The notes under the pieces are model-generated. The model was not told the origin of the DNA and did not search any database. It saw nothing but the letters and a program-made list of their open reading frames with translations. From Hormiphora californensis (Eukaryota; Animalia; Ctenophora), in contig CM035351.1 in NCBI GenBank assembly GCA_020137815.1, positions 3,720,001 through 3,784,000 of the forward strand: a stretch of DNA of 64,000 nucleotides, in the 5' to 3' direction. The number at the start of each line of letters is the position of its first letter. The stretch's first letter is position 1. A program made the translations under genes and the position numbers. Of this stretch, positions 13,601-23,500 are shown in pieces.

Positions 13601-13985
13601 GTCATAGTCATTGTCATATGCATTGTCATAGTCATAGTCATAGTCATAGTTATAGTTATAGTCATAGTCATAGTCATAGTCATAGTCATAGTCATAGTCA
13701 TAGTCATAGTCATAGTCATAGTCATAGTCATAGTCATAGTCATAGTCATAGTCATAGTCATAGTCATAGTCATAGTCATAGTCATAGTCATAGGCATTGT
13801 CATAGGCAATAGGCATTGTCATTGTCATATGCATTGTCATAGTCATTGTCATATGCATTGTCATAGTCAGTCGACAGTCATTGGGACCATAATGGAGACC
13901 ATAATGGAGACAATAATGGAGACCATGATCGAGACGGGAGACCATGATCCAGACCGTGATCCAGACCATGATCCAGACCATGATC
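10696..13985. repeat. Compound satellite: (CATGATGTCT)n with strand flips, (ATCATAGGAC)n, (ACCATGACAG)n, (CATAGT)n, 12-mers, with higher-order duplication
   Basis: Directly visible tandem units; orientation switches near 10760 and 11800. Confidence 0.97.
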
Positions 13986-14007
13986 GATACTATTATCGTT
14001 AGAATAA

Positions 14008-15508
14008 CTCACATTTCTCTTATCTATTTTGTATCTCGAGCAGCGCTCTGCATACTTGTACAACTGCTAGTGTTCCTGACCCAGTACACCTGTACTGGCC
14101 AACCAGTTCCAGATGGATCGAGCGTTCTCAACATGGCAACATTCAGTTCCTGGCGACAATGCAGGCGTAGCGGACTTCATCCGGCTAGAGACCTCAATCC
14201 TGGCTACTATGAGAAGAATCGGGGGCTACCCTGACTCCAACAAGGAGGGTGGTGAATTTGATCCTAATAAGATCACTACCAGCAAAATTTCGAGTCTTGA
14301 TACCAACAAGAAGGTAAAGTTGATTGCAGACATGGCCGGTCTGCTCTGGTTCCGAGCTCTGCCCCTGTCGAAGTTAGCTAGAAAACAGTTTGAGCTAGTG
14401 GAAGAGAAACCAAATCTTGACGAGTCTAAGGAGAAGGTGGAGAAACTACTGGGACACTTAGAGCACACCAGAGACCGTCTCGACACTGTCAAGGACGAGC
14501 TACTGGAGCGTGACAGGAAAATGATCACCCTTCAAGAAGAGATTAGTGCCCTAAAAGACTCCATTATCTCGATGAAGGATTCTCAACTGGAGAGTAGCAT
14601 CAATGCTGTCCAGACTGTTGTAAAAGAGGAAATGAGCAGCTATTCATCTGCCCTTCAGACCGCTGCTACCAACATGAAGCAGACGTGTGTATCTGCTCTA
14701 GCTCCCACCAAGATACGTGCTGCCCTGGCCAGCGCCACAGTTGACCGATCTGCAAATCTAATAGTCTATGGTCTAGCCGAGAACAATGATGACAGCGACT
14801 CTACCAGGGTAAAGGAATTGTTTCAGAATTTGGCCGAGGCACCTGTTTTGGTGGAGGTTGATAGACTGGGGAGGAGGTGTGATGAGCATGTGCGTCCTGT
14901 TCGTGTGGTATTGAGGAGCAGGGAAGTAGCTAGGACCATTTTGGGCAAATCTGCTCAGCTGAGGGACTCCGATACTCATCAGTCTGTATACATTTCCCCA
15001 GACAGAACTCTAGAAGAAAGGGCTGAAAGGAGGGATCTTGTTGCCAGAATGAGAGAGAAGAGGGAGAAAGAGCCAGAGAAGGTTTTTAGAATCAGGAGAG
15101 GCTCTGTTATCGAGATCAATGAGTGAGTGATTTTATGTGTGAGAAGGGGAGAGACTGAGCTGCTATATCGTGTATGTTCTTGTGCTCGGGCGAGAATGAG
15201 AACGAGAGAGGGAGTCATGAGCTTTGATAAACCACTACATATTCACTTCATTTTACAGAATTTCTATAATTATTACCATTATTACCTTTGAAGTGTGAAA
15301 CATATTGTTCGGACACGGTGGGTACCAGGGTGGGGCATCCTGGTAAACGCACACAAAAGACCTAACCCGTCTTCGTGTTATTAGCCTTGTTGCGCCACCC
15401 TGTATGATGTATCCCCACCCAGTTTTGTCCAGTGTGGCTGGTTTTCTTGACATTATATATTTAATTTCGGCACATGCCACTGCCAGCGGCAGTTTTGATT
15501 GATTGATT
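14008..15508 (+). mobile_element. ORF1-only non-LTR retroposon A
   Basis: Candidate TSD GAATAA (14002-14007 / 15509-15514), ORF1-type CDS, about 370-bp 3'UTR, hairpin ACTGCC-agc-GGCAGT (15479-15493), (TTGA)n tail, no ORF2. Confidence 0.75.
14113..15126 (+). CDS. LINE ORF1p-like protein (coiled coil + RRM + C-terminal domain), 337 aa
   Basis: Heptad-rich centre, then DRSANLIVYGLAE, RLGR..RPVRVVL, VYISPDRTLEERAERR.L, typical of L1/CR1/L2-group ORF1 proteins. Confidence 0.85.
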   Translation: MDRAFSTWQHSVPGDNAGVADFIRLETSILATMRRIGGYPDSNKEGGEFDPNKITTSKISSLDTNKKVKLIADMAGLLWFRALPLSKLARKQFELVEEKPNLDESKEKVEKLLGHLEHTRDRLDTVKDELLERDRKMITLQEEISALKDSIISMKDSQLESSINAVQTVVKEEMSSYSSALQTAATNMKQTCVSALAPTKIRAALASATVDRSANLIVYGLAENNDDSDSTRVKELFQNLAEAPVLVEVDRLGRRCDEHVRPVRVVLRSREVARTILGKSAQLRDSDTHQSVYISPDRTLEERAERRDLVARMREKREKEPEKVFRIRRGSVIEINE

Positions 15509-16169
15509 GAATAAGGGTTTAATTATCTCTTTAACAGTTCTTATTTCTTACTAGGCGATTGGCACCGGTAAGGCGTACGCGATGAAGTCTGGTAAGTTTG
15601 TCACACACTTTTGTAACACAATTTGGACGTTTCTGGTCAAAACCCTCGTTCATAATTCTTATCCAAACACATTCCTTTTTAAACCCATCAACAACCATCG
15701 TTATTGTTCTTTATTCTAACCCTGACAGCCTGTTTTTCGGATTTTCTCGGCTTTTTCTCTTTTTTGAAATTTTGAAAAAGTTTCAGTTCAAAAATTTTAA
15801 CTGATTCGAGCTGTGATTTTCTCCGAGCGAAAAAACCGCGCGCGCGTGTGCGCGGCGTAATTTCTGGATTTGCGTGTAACCAAACACCCAGATTTTAACG
15901 TCGCCCCTCTTTGATGTGGTGCGCTCTCGAAGTGGTGTCTTCTGGAGGTGGTTCGCTCTTGGATGTGGTCTCTTTTGGGTGTGGTGCGCTCTCAGGTGTG
16001 GTCTCTCTTCGATCGGGTGCGCTCTTGGGTGCTCTTGGAGGCTCTTGAACTTTATTATGGTTCCTTATGAAAGAAAGTTTGCTCCAAAAATTCGGGGAAA
16101 CGCTAAAAAAAACGCTAAATTTTTGGGTATTTTGGGCGGTTTAAAAGTAAAGTTATTAAGTTATTAAGC

Positions 16170-17200
16170 CTAACGATACCGATCACACCTTGTCATGTGC
16201 TAAGGGCGGTTATACAATTCTCAGACACGATAATATCAGAGACCTTATGGCTGAGATTTGTTCATATGCCGGCCTCAAAGCTGTTGAAACCGAAAAGCTT
16301 CTTCAACCATGTCCAGACGGTATCCAGTTTCACCCATCGGCAAACACTGCTCCTGACGCACGAATGGATGTGGTCGCACTAGACCTGTGGCGTAAATCGC
16401 AACTTGCCCACATGGATGTGAGAGTTTTTCATGCCAATGCGCCGTCCCATATCAACACGCCCATTATAATAATAATAATAAAAATGACAGTTTATATCCC
16501 GCACTGACACAGTTTTAATTACAGACAACTCGTTTTCCTTCATTTGAAAGGGACTGCAGCAGACTGCCTGCTCCTAGCACGGTTCTCTGATAACGGTGAA
16601 TTAGTCGGGAACTATCCCACTTGGATAACATTGTTACGGATAAAATAGCAGCCGTCTGGATCTTCTAGTCGTATCCGTTTCAAAGTGGACCTGAGAGCTT
16701 TTTGCTCCTTCAGTTCAGAGGGCGTTAGATCCGGAGATAGATAAACAGCCGAAAACTGTTTGGAGTCTTTGAGGTTTCGTGCTTTTTTGAGAAGCGCCAG
16801 GAGAGTCGCTCTCCTCTCCAGGGATACTAAGATCAACTCTACCGAAGGAATGAGTCAAGCAAAAAGCAATCATACGGTAAACGGGTTCGAGAAGTTGAAG
16901 GAGGGACATTTTCTCCATTGGTCATGAACACAGCGGGTGGGATAGCTAATGAGTTTCACAAAGTCTTGAAGACACTCTCATCCCGAATCTCAACAAGAAC
17001 AGGAGAACCATACGCTGAAGTGATGGCTCATCTCAGAACGAGGTTACGGTTCTCACTACTGAGGACATGCCTCATAGCCTTGAGAGGAAATCGGAGGAAG
17101 ATCGCCATCGCCAACCTAGCTTGCACTGAGCTTGTTACGTGAAGTGAATAAGAAGAGGATAAGAAGAATTATCAAGACCATGAATTAATTTATTATATGT
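16170..17200 (+). mobile_element. 3' fragment of a CRE-clade-like non-LTR retrotransposon (zinc finger + restriction-like endonuclease), interrupted at 16466-16830
   Basis: HTLSCAKGG..RHDNIRD..ARMDV..DVRVFHANAPS..PI | DQLYRRNE..KK..YG.RVREVE.GTFSPLV..GG...LRTRLRFSLLR..L.G.R. The frame rejoins when the insert is removed. Confidence 0.8.
16466..16830 (-). mobile_element. 5'-truncated ORF1-only retroposon C inserted in the CRE-like fragment
   Basis: ORF1 C-terminus (KKARNLK..VYLSPDLTPSE...FIRNNVI*, stop at 16612), about 130-bp 3'UTR, small hairpin cagt-gcgggatataa-actg, (TTA)n tail. Confidence 0.75.
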
Positions 17201-17354
17201 TTTCCGTATTTTGGGTGTCAGCACTCACGGTTTCTTATGGTAAGGCAAAAGTGGGATTAGGGATAGGGCCGGGGTTCGGGTTGGTGTTAGAGCTTGAGAT
17301 TTTTTGGCAGTGTGCACCTGTAAATAGGCCTTTAAACAACCAGATCGTAACGGA

Positions 17355-18518
17355 AGATGGAAAGCTCTGATGATGAATTAGATACACGGACCTACCTGCG
17401 GGAAACAGATGTGGAAGAAGAACACGTCCGATACTGTCAAGAACAAACCGTGGAGTGGGTAAGCGAGGTATTAACCCTAACCGGTGGGTTCGGTGAAATA
17501 AACCCGAACAGAGTGCAGCAGTACGGACCACAGACAGCGGAAGTTTGGAATGATCTGAAGGTTCCCTCCAGGACCAAACTCAATGCACTGACCAAGCCAG
17601 TGCTTTTAGACCTTGTGGAGGATGCATGCCGTATTCTTATGGAACAGACCTTCCCAGTTACTGAAGAGTTGTTAGCAGTGGGTTGCGAAACCTTGAGGAT
17701 AAACCAGCTAGAGAAAGAGCTAAAAATCCATAGTACAGAGCTCATAAAAACCCAAAGAAATCTAGTGGCTGCACAAGAGGAGCTCCTGAAAATCCAGAGG
17801 CAATTACTTGAGAAGAGGGAGGTTGAGATAACAGCTGTGCAGTCAACAGCGCAGGAAGAAATGAAGAGCTTCGCATCCATTTTGGAGAAGGAGTGTGCTT
17901 CGGCCCTGGCTCCAAAGAAGATTCAATCGGCAATCGTGGCAGCATCGGAGGACCGTGGGTGTAACATCATCATCCATGGATTGGAAGAGTTGAAAGACAA
18001 TGTAAATGGTGAGAAGCTTGAAACTCAAATTAAGTCTCTTTTTAGTGAGCTTGAAGAGGCTCCAAAAGTGCAATCTGCCGAGCGCTTGGGAAAACAGTCC
18101 TCATCTGCAAGACCTGTGAAAGTCGTGCTGAGGAGCAGAGACGCTCAAATGTCAATCCTGTCGAAGAAATCCCTGCTGAAAGGGAACGACAAGTTTGGCA
18201 AAGTCTTTATCTCTCCTGATAGAACAGTAGAAGAACGGACAGAACGGAAGAAGCTTGTTGTTGAACTGAAGGAGAAGGTAAAGCAGTCCCCAGGAACCCA
18301 CTTCATAATCCGTGGAAAGAGGGTGTTAGAAGCACCAAGGGACATTTGAACATTTGTATAAACACTACTAGCTCATGGACACTAATTTATTGATCAAGTA
18401 GAGTAAAACCGCTTTTGAAAGCAGGAAGGTATCCGTTAAGTTTTTTCTTTTTTAAGTGTTATCTTACCAATATGCTATAAAGCGGTATATTAAATGTTTA
18501 TTTATGATGATGATGATG
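17355..18518 (+). mobile_element. ORF1-only non-LTR retroposon B inserted in the TIR of a MITE
   Basis: TSD AACGGA (17349-17354 / 18519-18524). The empty site cagatcgtaacggagcccc matches the TIR at 51178-51194. Bulged hairpin 18465-18487, (ATG)n tail, no ORF2. Confidence 0.85.
17357..18349 (+). CDS. LINE ORF1p-like protein, 330 aa, divergent homologue of 14113-15126
   Basis: SALAPKKIQ..EDRGCNIIIHGLEE, RLGK..RPVKVVLRSRD, VFISPDRTVEERTERKKLV. Confidence 0.85.
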   Translation: MESSDDELDTRTYLRETDVEEEHVRYCQEQTVEWVSEVLTLTGGFGEINPNRVQQYGPQTAEVWNDLKVPSRTKLNALTKPVLLDLVEDACRILMEQTFPVTEELLAVGCETLRINQLEKELKIHSTELIKTQRNLVAAQEELLKIQRQLLEKREVEITAVQSTAQEEMKSFASILEKECASALAPKKIQSAIVAASEDRGCNIIIHGLEELKDNVNGEKLETQIKSLFSELEEAPKVQSAERLGKQSSSARPVKVVLRSRDAQMSILSKKSLLKGNDKFGKVFISPDRTVEERTERKKLVVELKEKVKQSPGTHFIIRGKRVLEAPRDI

Positions 18519-18604
18519 AACGGAGCCCCAAAATTCGGGTCGGACCGGGATTTTTTTTTCTCTTGACAAATCGCTCATTTCTTTTGTTTCTTTTGTTAAT
18601 TATC

Positions 18605-18964
18605 AACCATAATAAAGTTCAAGAGCCTCCAAGAGCGGAGAGCCTCCAAGAGCGGACCAGATCCAAGAGCGCACCAGGACCAGGAGAGCACCCCATCCAG
18701 AAGACACTGCAGGCAAGGGATACGACATGCAGAAGAGGTCAGACACGCAAATACAACGCCGTGGACATCTTCTGCGTGTGGTATCCCCTGTGCATGGTAT
18801 CTTCTGGATGGAGAGCTCTCTTGGATGTGGTGCGCTCTTGATTGTGGTCCTTTCTGGGTGTGGTTCGCTCTTGGATATGGTCTCTTCCGGGTGTGGTACG
18901 CTCTTGGATATAGACTCTTTTGGTTAGGATCCGCTCTTGGAGGCTCTTGAACTTTATCATGGTT
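18605..18964. mobile_element. Intact palindromic MITE with about 20-bp internal subrepeats
   Basis: aaccataataaagttcaagagcctccaagagcgga ... tccgctcttggaggctcttgaactttatcatggtt. Confidence 0.8.
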
Positions 18965-19171
18965 CACTATTAGATAGAGCACTCTCTGCTAGATTTCTTT
19001 CTGCCTAATTTAATATGTATTTCAAGAATTTAGACTTTATACATGTTATAAGAGATTCAATATGGAAATGGTGTGGAGCAATAAAACAAAGTGTTCGATA
19101 GCACAACTTTAAATATTTCACTTTTCTTTTATAGGTAAAATACTGCATAATATCAGATATTGTTCCTCACA

Positions 19172-20172
19172 TCAAATCTGTAAAACCATAACTAGTCCCA
19201 TCAGCAGAAGCACACTCTCTAACAATGGCACAGCAGCACCTGAGGTTGTACTGTCCGCTACAGAGGAGCTTGTAACACAGACTGGTAAAGTTGATGGTTT
19301 CCACCTTTGCAGTGCAGTGCAAGTTACAGTGCTTGTAGACCCAGACACCACGTAGCCGTCCCCGCATTGAATTCCAACCAAATCCCCAACATTGTACGGT
19401 GCAGCTCCCGTTACGTTTTGATACGCCACCGTGACCGCTCCATTCGCAATGCTCAACATACTGCACCCCGGTTTGCAGGTGATCAGGGTGTTTAGATTAG
19501 CAGGAGTCCACCCTCCGCCTGACCCGCATGTCACCTTGTCCACAGTGCTGCTCCCCACCACAGTGGCATAACCTGACCTACACGTTATGGTGCTGACTCG
19601 GATATCTGTATCTGTATTTGTCTTGATGGGGGCACCATTGATATCAGCATTAGGCGAGTTTCCGTTGTAGTTGACCGACCAGTAAGTTGCGTAGTCCTCT
19701 GGAATTGGCTGACAACCAACTGCACAGAATGTCTTGGAGGATGAGGCGAAGATATTGCAGTGATCGGAAACTTTGATCCCCCGAAATTGTGTTCCGTCCG
19801 TGTCTCTTGAATCTAACTTGGTCAGTTCATCGTCACTCAGAGAACCACGTACATCGTTTGTCCAGACAAAGTTGTTCTTACACCGAGCATACATCGTACC
19901 ACCTGGGGGGTGGGGAAAGGGAAAAGTCTAACAAACCGAGTAGGGAAGGTAATGGCTAATTAAATGTTTTAATCATTGCCCATCTGATCAATAATACAGG
20001 TCCTAAAGCCAACTAACACACAGACACTAGTAATGTAATGGCTAACCTGGGTGTAGGGATAGTCTAACAAACTGAGTAGAGAAGATAATGGCTCGTTGCC
20101 CATCTGATCAATAATACAGGTCCTAAAGCCAACTAACACACAGACACTCACCAGTACTAAAACACTCTGCAT
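19172..20172 (-). CDS. Cell-surface Sushi/CCP-domain protein, probably GPI-anchored (main exon about 19902-19172; 5' exons tentative)
   Basis: CCP patterns C.SGY...C...GW...C and C..IANG...Y.VG..V..QC.DGY...C....W....P.C, Ser/Thr spacer, terminal hydrophobic tail. Putative first exon MQSVLVL|gtgagt. Confidence 0.75.
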
Positions 20173-20528
20173 AATTGTTGAAGTTGCTGGAAAATGTGCA
20201 CCCAGTACAGGCTGTGACATCATAAGAGGAACAAACTCCCCAAAACTGAACCAAGAGAAACAACATACTAAACAATGGGGACAGGATGTGCACAACACAG
20301 TGAGGACCGTGTAATTGTTGTCCCTCACAGTGGGGGCCGGTCGTGAATCTTGCTGTTTACCATTAAACCAGAGGAAATATACTGTGAATATTAACAATCA
20401 TTCTCCATCCCCTCTGTACTGAAGGGCAGGAAAGTTAATATTAGAAAATCTTACTGCTTTTTTTTACTAATCGGAATCTTATCTCTCTAAACCCCAATAA
20501 CACTCCTGTAGCAAAGTAAAGTGTTCAA

Positions 20529-23500
20529 ATGAAACTGCCTCGATGTTTCTTCACCATGTCGGTGGACGGTGTACGGGTTGGAACGGTGGTATTTGAACTT
20601 TGTGTTGACATTTGCCCCCGCACCTGTGAGAACTTCATCTCTCTATGCACGGGTAAGTGATGGAGAGAGATGGAAAGAGTAGCTAGAAATTAGAGAAATA
20701 AACTTCTTCGCCCCAAGAACTAAAAATCATAAACATTTCTAACCCACTGTTTCTCAAAGGAGAGAAAGGTATTGGCTCGATGGGCAAGCCTCTCACCTAC
20801 AAGGACTCAATTTGCCACCGTATTGTCAAGAACTTCATGATTCAAGGCGGTGATTTCACGCATGGTACCGGTATTGGTGGGGAGTCAATCTACGGGGGCA
20901 CCTTTCCAGGTATGTGTGTTGAATTTATATATCCTTCAATCCTCATTATGATCCTTATTTAGCAGGCTCTTAATTGGCAATTCTCTTTAAATGAGTCTCA
21001 TGTTCTCGGCAGTACTGTTTCCTAGAGATGGTCTGACTGTTTCTCTCTTTGTTCGATTTACACAACTGCAATTCCCGTCAGATGAGAATTTTGTCCTGAA
21101 ACACGATCAGAGGTATTTGCTGTCGATGGCAAACAGAGGTCCCAACACCAACGGATCTCAGTTCTTCATGTAAGTGTACAAATTACACATTGCTCTACAA
21201 ATTATACAGTGATATTATTAGTCGGTCCATTATGACACAGTTTATTAACAACAAATCTCCCCGATACATTTTAGAACGACTGCTCTGTGCCCCCATCTCG
21301 ACAAGTAAGTTCATTGAAAATAGTCAGTTGTCTTAAATGAACATATCACTGGTTTTGTCTGGCCAGACTCTGACGTGTCTGAACAAATTAACTAGGCATT
21401 TTACAACATCGATCAGCAACATAGTTAGTAGGGGGGGTCTCAGTAATTTGGATTTGTACCATTTCATGTTTTGTTCCATGTATCATTTGGTGTTCAGCTC
21501 ATACTGTTGAATTTGGAATCTCAGGCAGTATAAATAAACAAAGTTGTATTTTCATACTGTAGCTACGTACATATAATATTAGAGAGGAAAGTGACTTTTT
21601 TTCATAAAAGACTGTCCGACAGGTCCCACAGTCTTTTGTGAAAAAGTTGGACTGCTTTTTATTATAACAGCTCCCGATTGGACTGAGTTTTGTTAAAGAT
21701 CTCGTCGCGCGCGCGGTAAAGAAAGAGTGAAAAGTTGGGGGTTTCAGCACTAGCTGCACGACAGTTACTTGGTTGGATTGACAAAGAGACAAAGTTGGAG
21801 ATCGGAAGTTGTAGAATCGACAACTTCCGGACCCCGGTTCTAATCCATCGACAACTAAATGAAATTAATAGAACTTAAAAATACAATCCCATTTATATTC
21901 TGTTTATCTTTCTTTCTGTACACTTACAATTTAAATTCTACCCCAATGATATTATCCCATTGACAACCCCCCTCCTCCTTCCCCCATCCCCTTAACTTCC
22001 TAATAGTTCTCACGTGGTGTTTGGTCATGTTGTCGAGGGAGAGAGGATAATTGACCAGATAGAAGTGACCAAGGTGGATGCGGATCACAAACCATTCGCG
22101 GATATCCGTATTGCGGAGTGTGGAGTTCTCCCTGGGTATGAGCGGATAAGCGATAGTGCTCCGCTTAGTGTTCCTATAGCTGCAGGTATGGGTGTATGCA
22201 ACTAATTGAGTAGCTGATTGTAGTGTACAGCTCTGCTTTCAGTTTTGTCCCGGCAAATAGACCGTTGATGGCGGTTTCTATTCACTCACTCACTTTAAGC
22301 AATGAGCGATAATACCGGATAAAAGTGAATGAAAGAGACGAGACTGAATAGAGAACTGACTACACATTGATTAGTTTATGTAGCACTTACTGTTGTTAAA
22401 AAGATTCCCAGTTCCTTGATTCAATAATGTAATAGTTCAATCTTTCTGAGTGAGTGCAATCTTCCGGCGAATTTTCATTTTACCTTTTGGAACTAGGCAT
22501 TGCTTCATTCGTCAACTAGGATCGTAATTATGAACAACTAGAAGTCACATGACACCCCAAAAATAGCATAAACACTCCTCAAAGCTTAACCACTCGGAAA
22601 CAGACATGAAAATTGACATTGTCTCGCTCTATTTACCAGGGTACTACTTGGAAGTTCTATAATGAACAGTGTTCATTATAGAACTTCCAAGTAGTTTGAA
22701 GACTGCACTTCTTTAATGGTATAACTACGAAGAACACACCCGTTCTTGAATCCTTCCAGTATATATTTAGTGACGTTATCCTTTGTTTCAGTGGCCCCCA
22801 CAATGCCTGCAGTGGAGGAGGAGGAAGCACAGACACCTGAGAAGCCTGCCAAGAAGAAGAAGAAGAAGAAAAAGAAAGAAGATAGTGATGATAGTGATAG
22901 TTCTAGTAGCTCTGAAAGCGAAGAGGAAGACAGCGAGGCTGACAGGTATTGGCTTTTCTACTCGCGCTATTTCTATTATCCCTATCCACAGTGTGGACAC
23001 ACCCTGCACTAAATATATATCCAAGTTTATTGACAAACTGACTGTCCACTGTTCCCCCTATTTACGGGAAAGGGAGGGGTAGCTACCAATATTGATCAGT
23101 AGTATCTCTATTTTAATTCCCGAGTTAATTTTGTGTTTTAGTGATGAAGATGATGCGTCGAAGAAGTTAAAGAAAAAGAAGGCAAAGTTGACCAAGATCA
23201 AGAAGAAGATTGAGAAGATTGGGACTAAAAAGAAGCTGAAAAGTTCCCGTGTTAAGAAGTTGAAGAGGATCAATGAGAAACTGGTGAAGATTGAGAAGAT
23301 TCTTAATGGTGAAAGGTACGTCGTAGCCTGTTTTAATTTTGACGGGATCACGTAGCTAAATTTTAGTTCTACGACTAGTAGGGGCGCTTAGATCATGCAC
23401 GTGCAAAAGTCGCGCGCCACCTGAAGTGTGAAATGACCCTTAAGTTTTCAAAAAACTTGAGGGTCATTTTTTGATTTGATGCAAAGCAAAGGAGTGACAG

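Larger units (their letters stand above)
10091..15906. mobile_element. 5.8-kb non-autonomous DNA transposon with 9-bp TSD (Mutator/Merlin-like), carrying a satellite and a retroposon
   Basis: TIR gggcggcgttaaaatctgggtgttt / aaacacccagattttaacgtcgccc. TSD CTCTTTGAT at 10082-10090 and 15907-15915. The same TIR family with a 9-bp TSD occurs at 50946-51194. Confidence 0.85.
9624..16065. mobile_element. Palindromic MITE (aggaaccataataaagttcaagag...ctcttgaactttattatggttcct, TA flanks) split by two nested insertions
   Basis: Left arm 9624-9828; right arm in pieces 10062-10090 and 15916-16065. Uninterrupted relative at 18605-18964. Confidence 0.8.

Noticed and set aside
12412-13981. Long ORFs of MT/DY/HS/VCHGLSWS repeats
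   Set aside because: Translations of stop-free satellite units in several frames; no coding signal
10696-13985. CRISPR-like array
   Set aside because: No unique spacers, no cas genes, eukaryotic context
14113-18349. A and B ORFs as parts of one full-length LINE with the 16170-17200 fragment as ORF2
   Set aside because: Each ORF1 has its own tail and TSD, and the REL fragment lacks RT and belongs to a different clade
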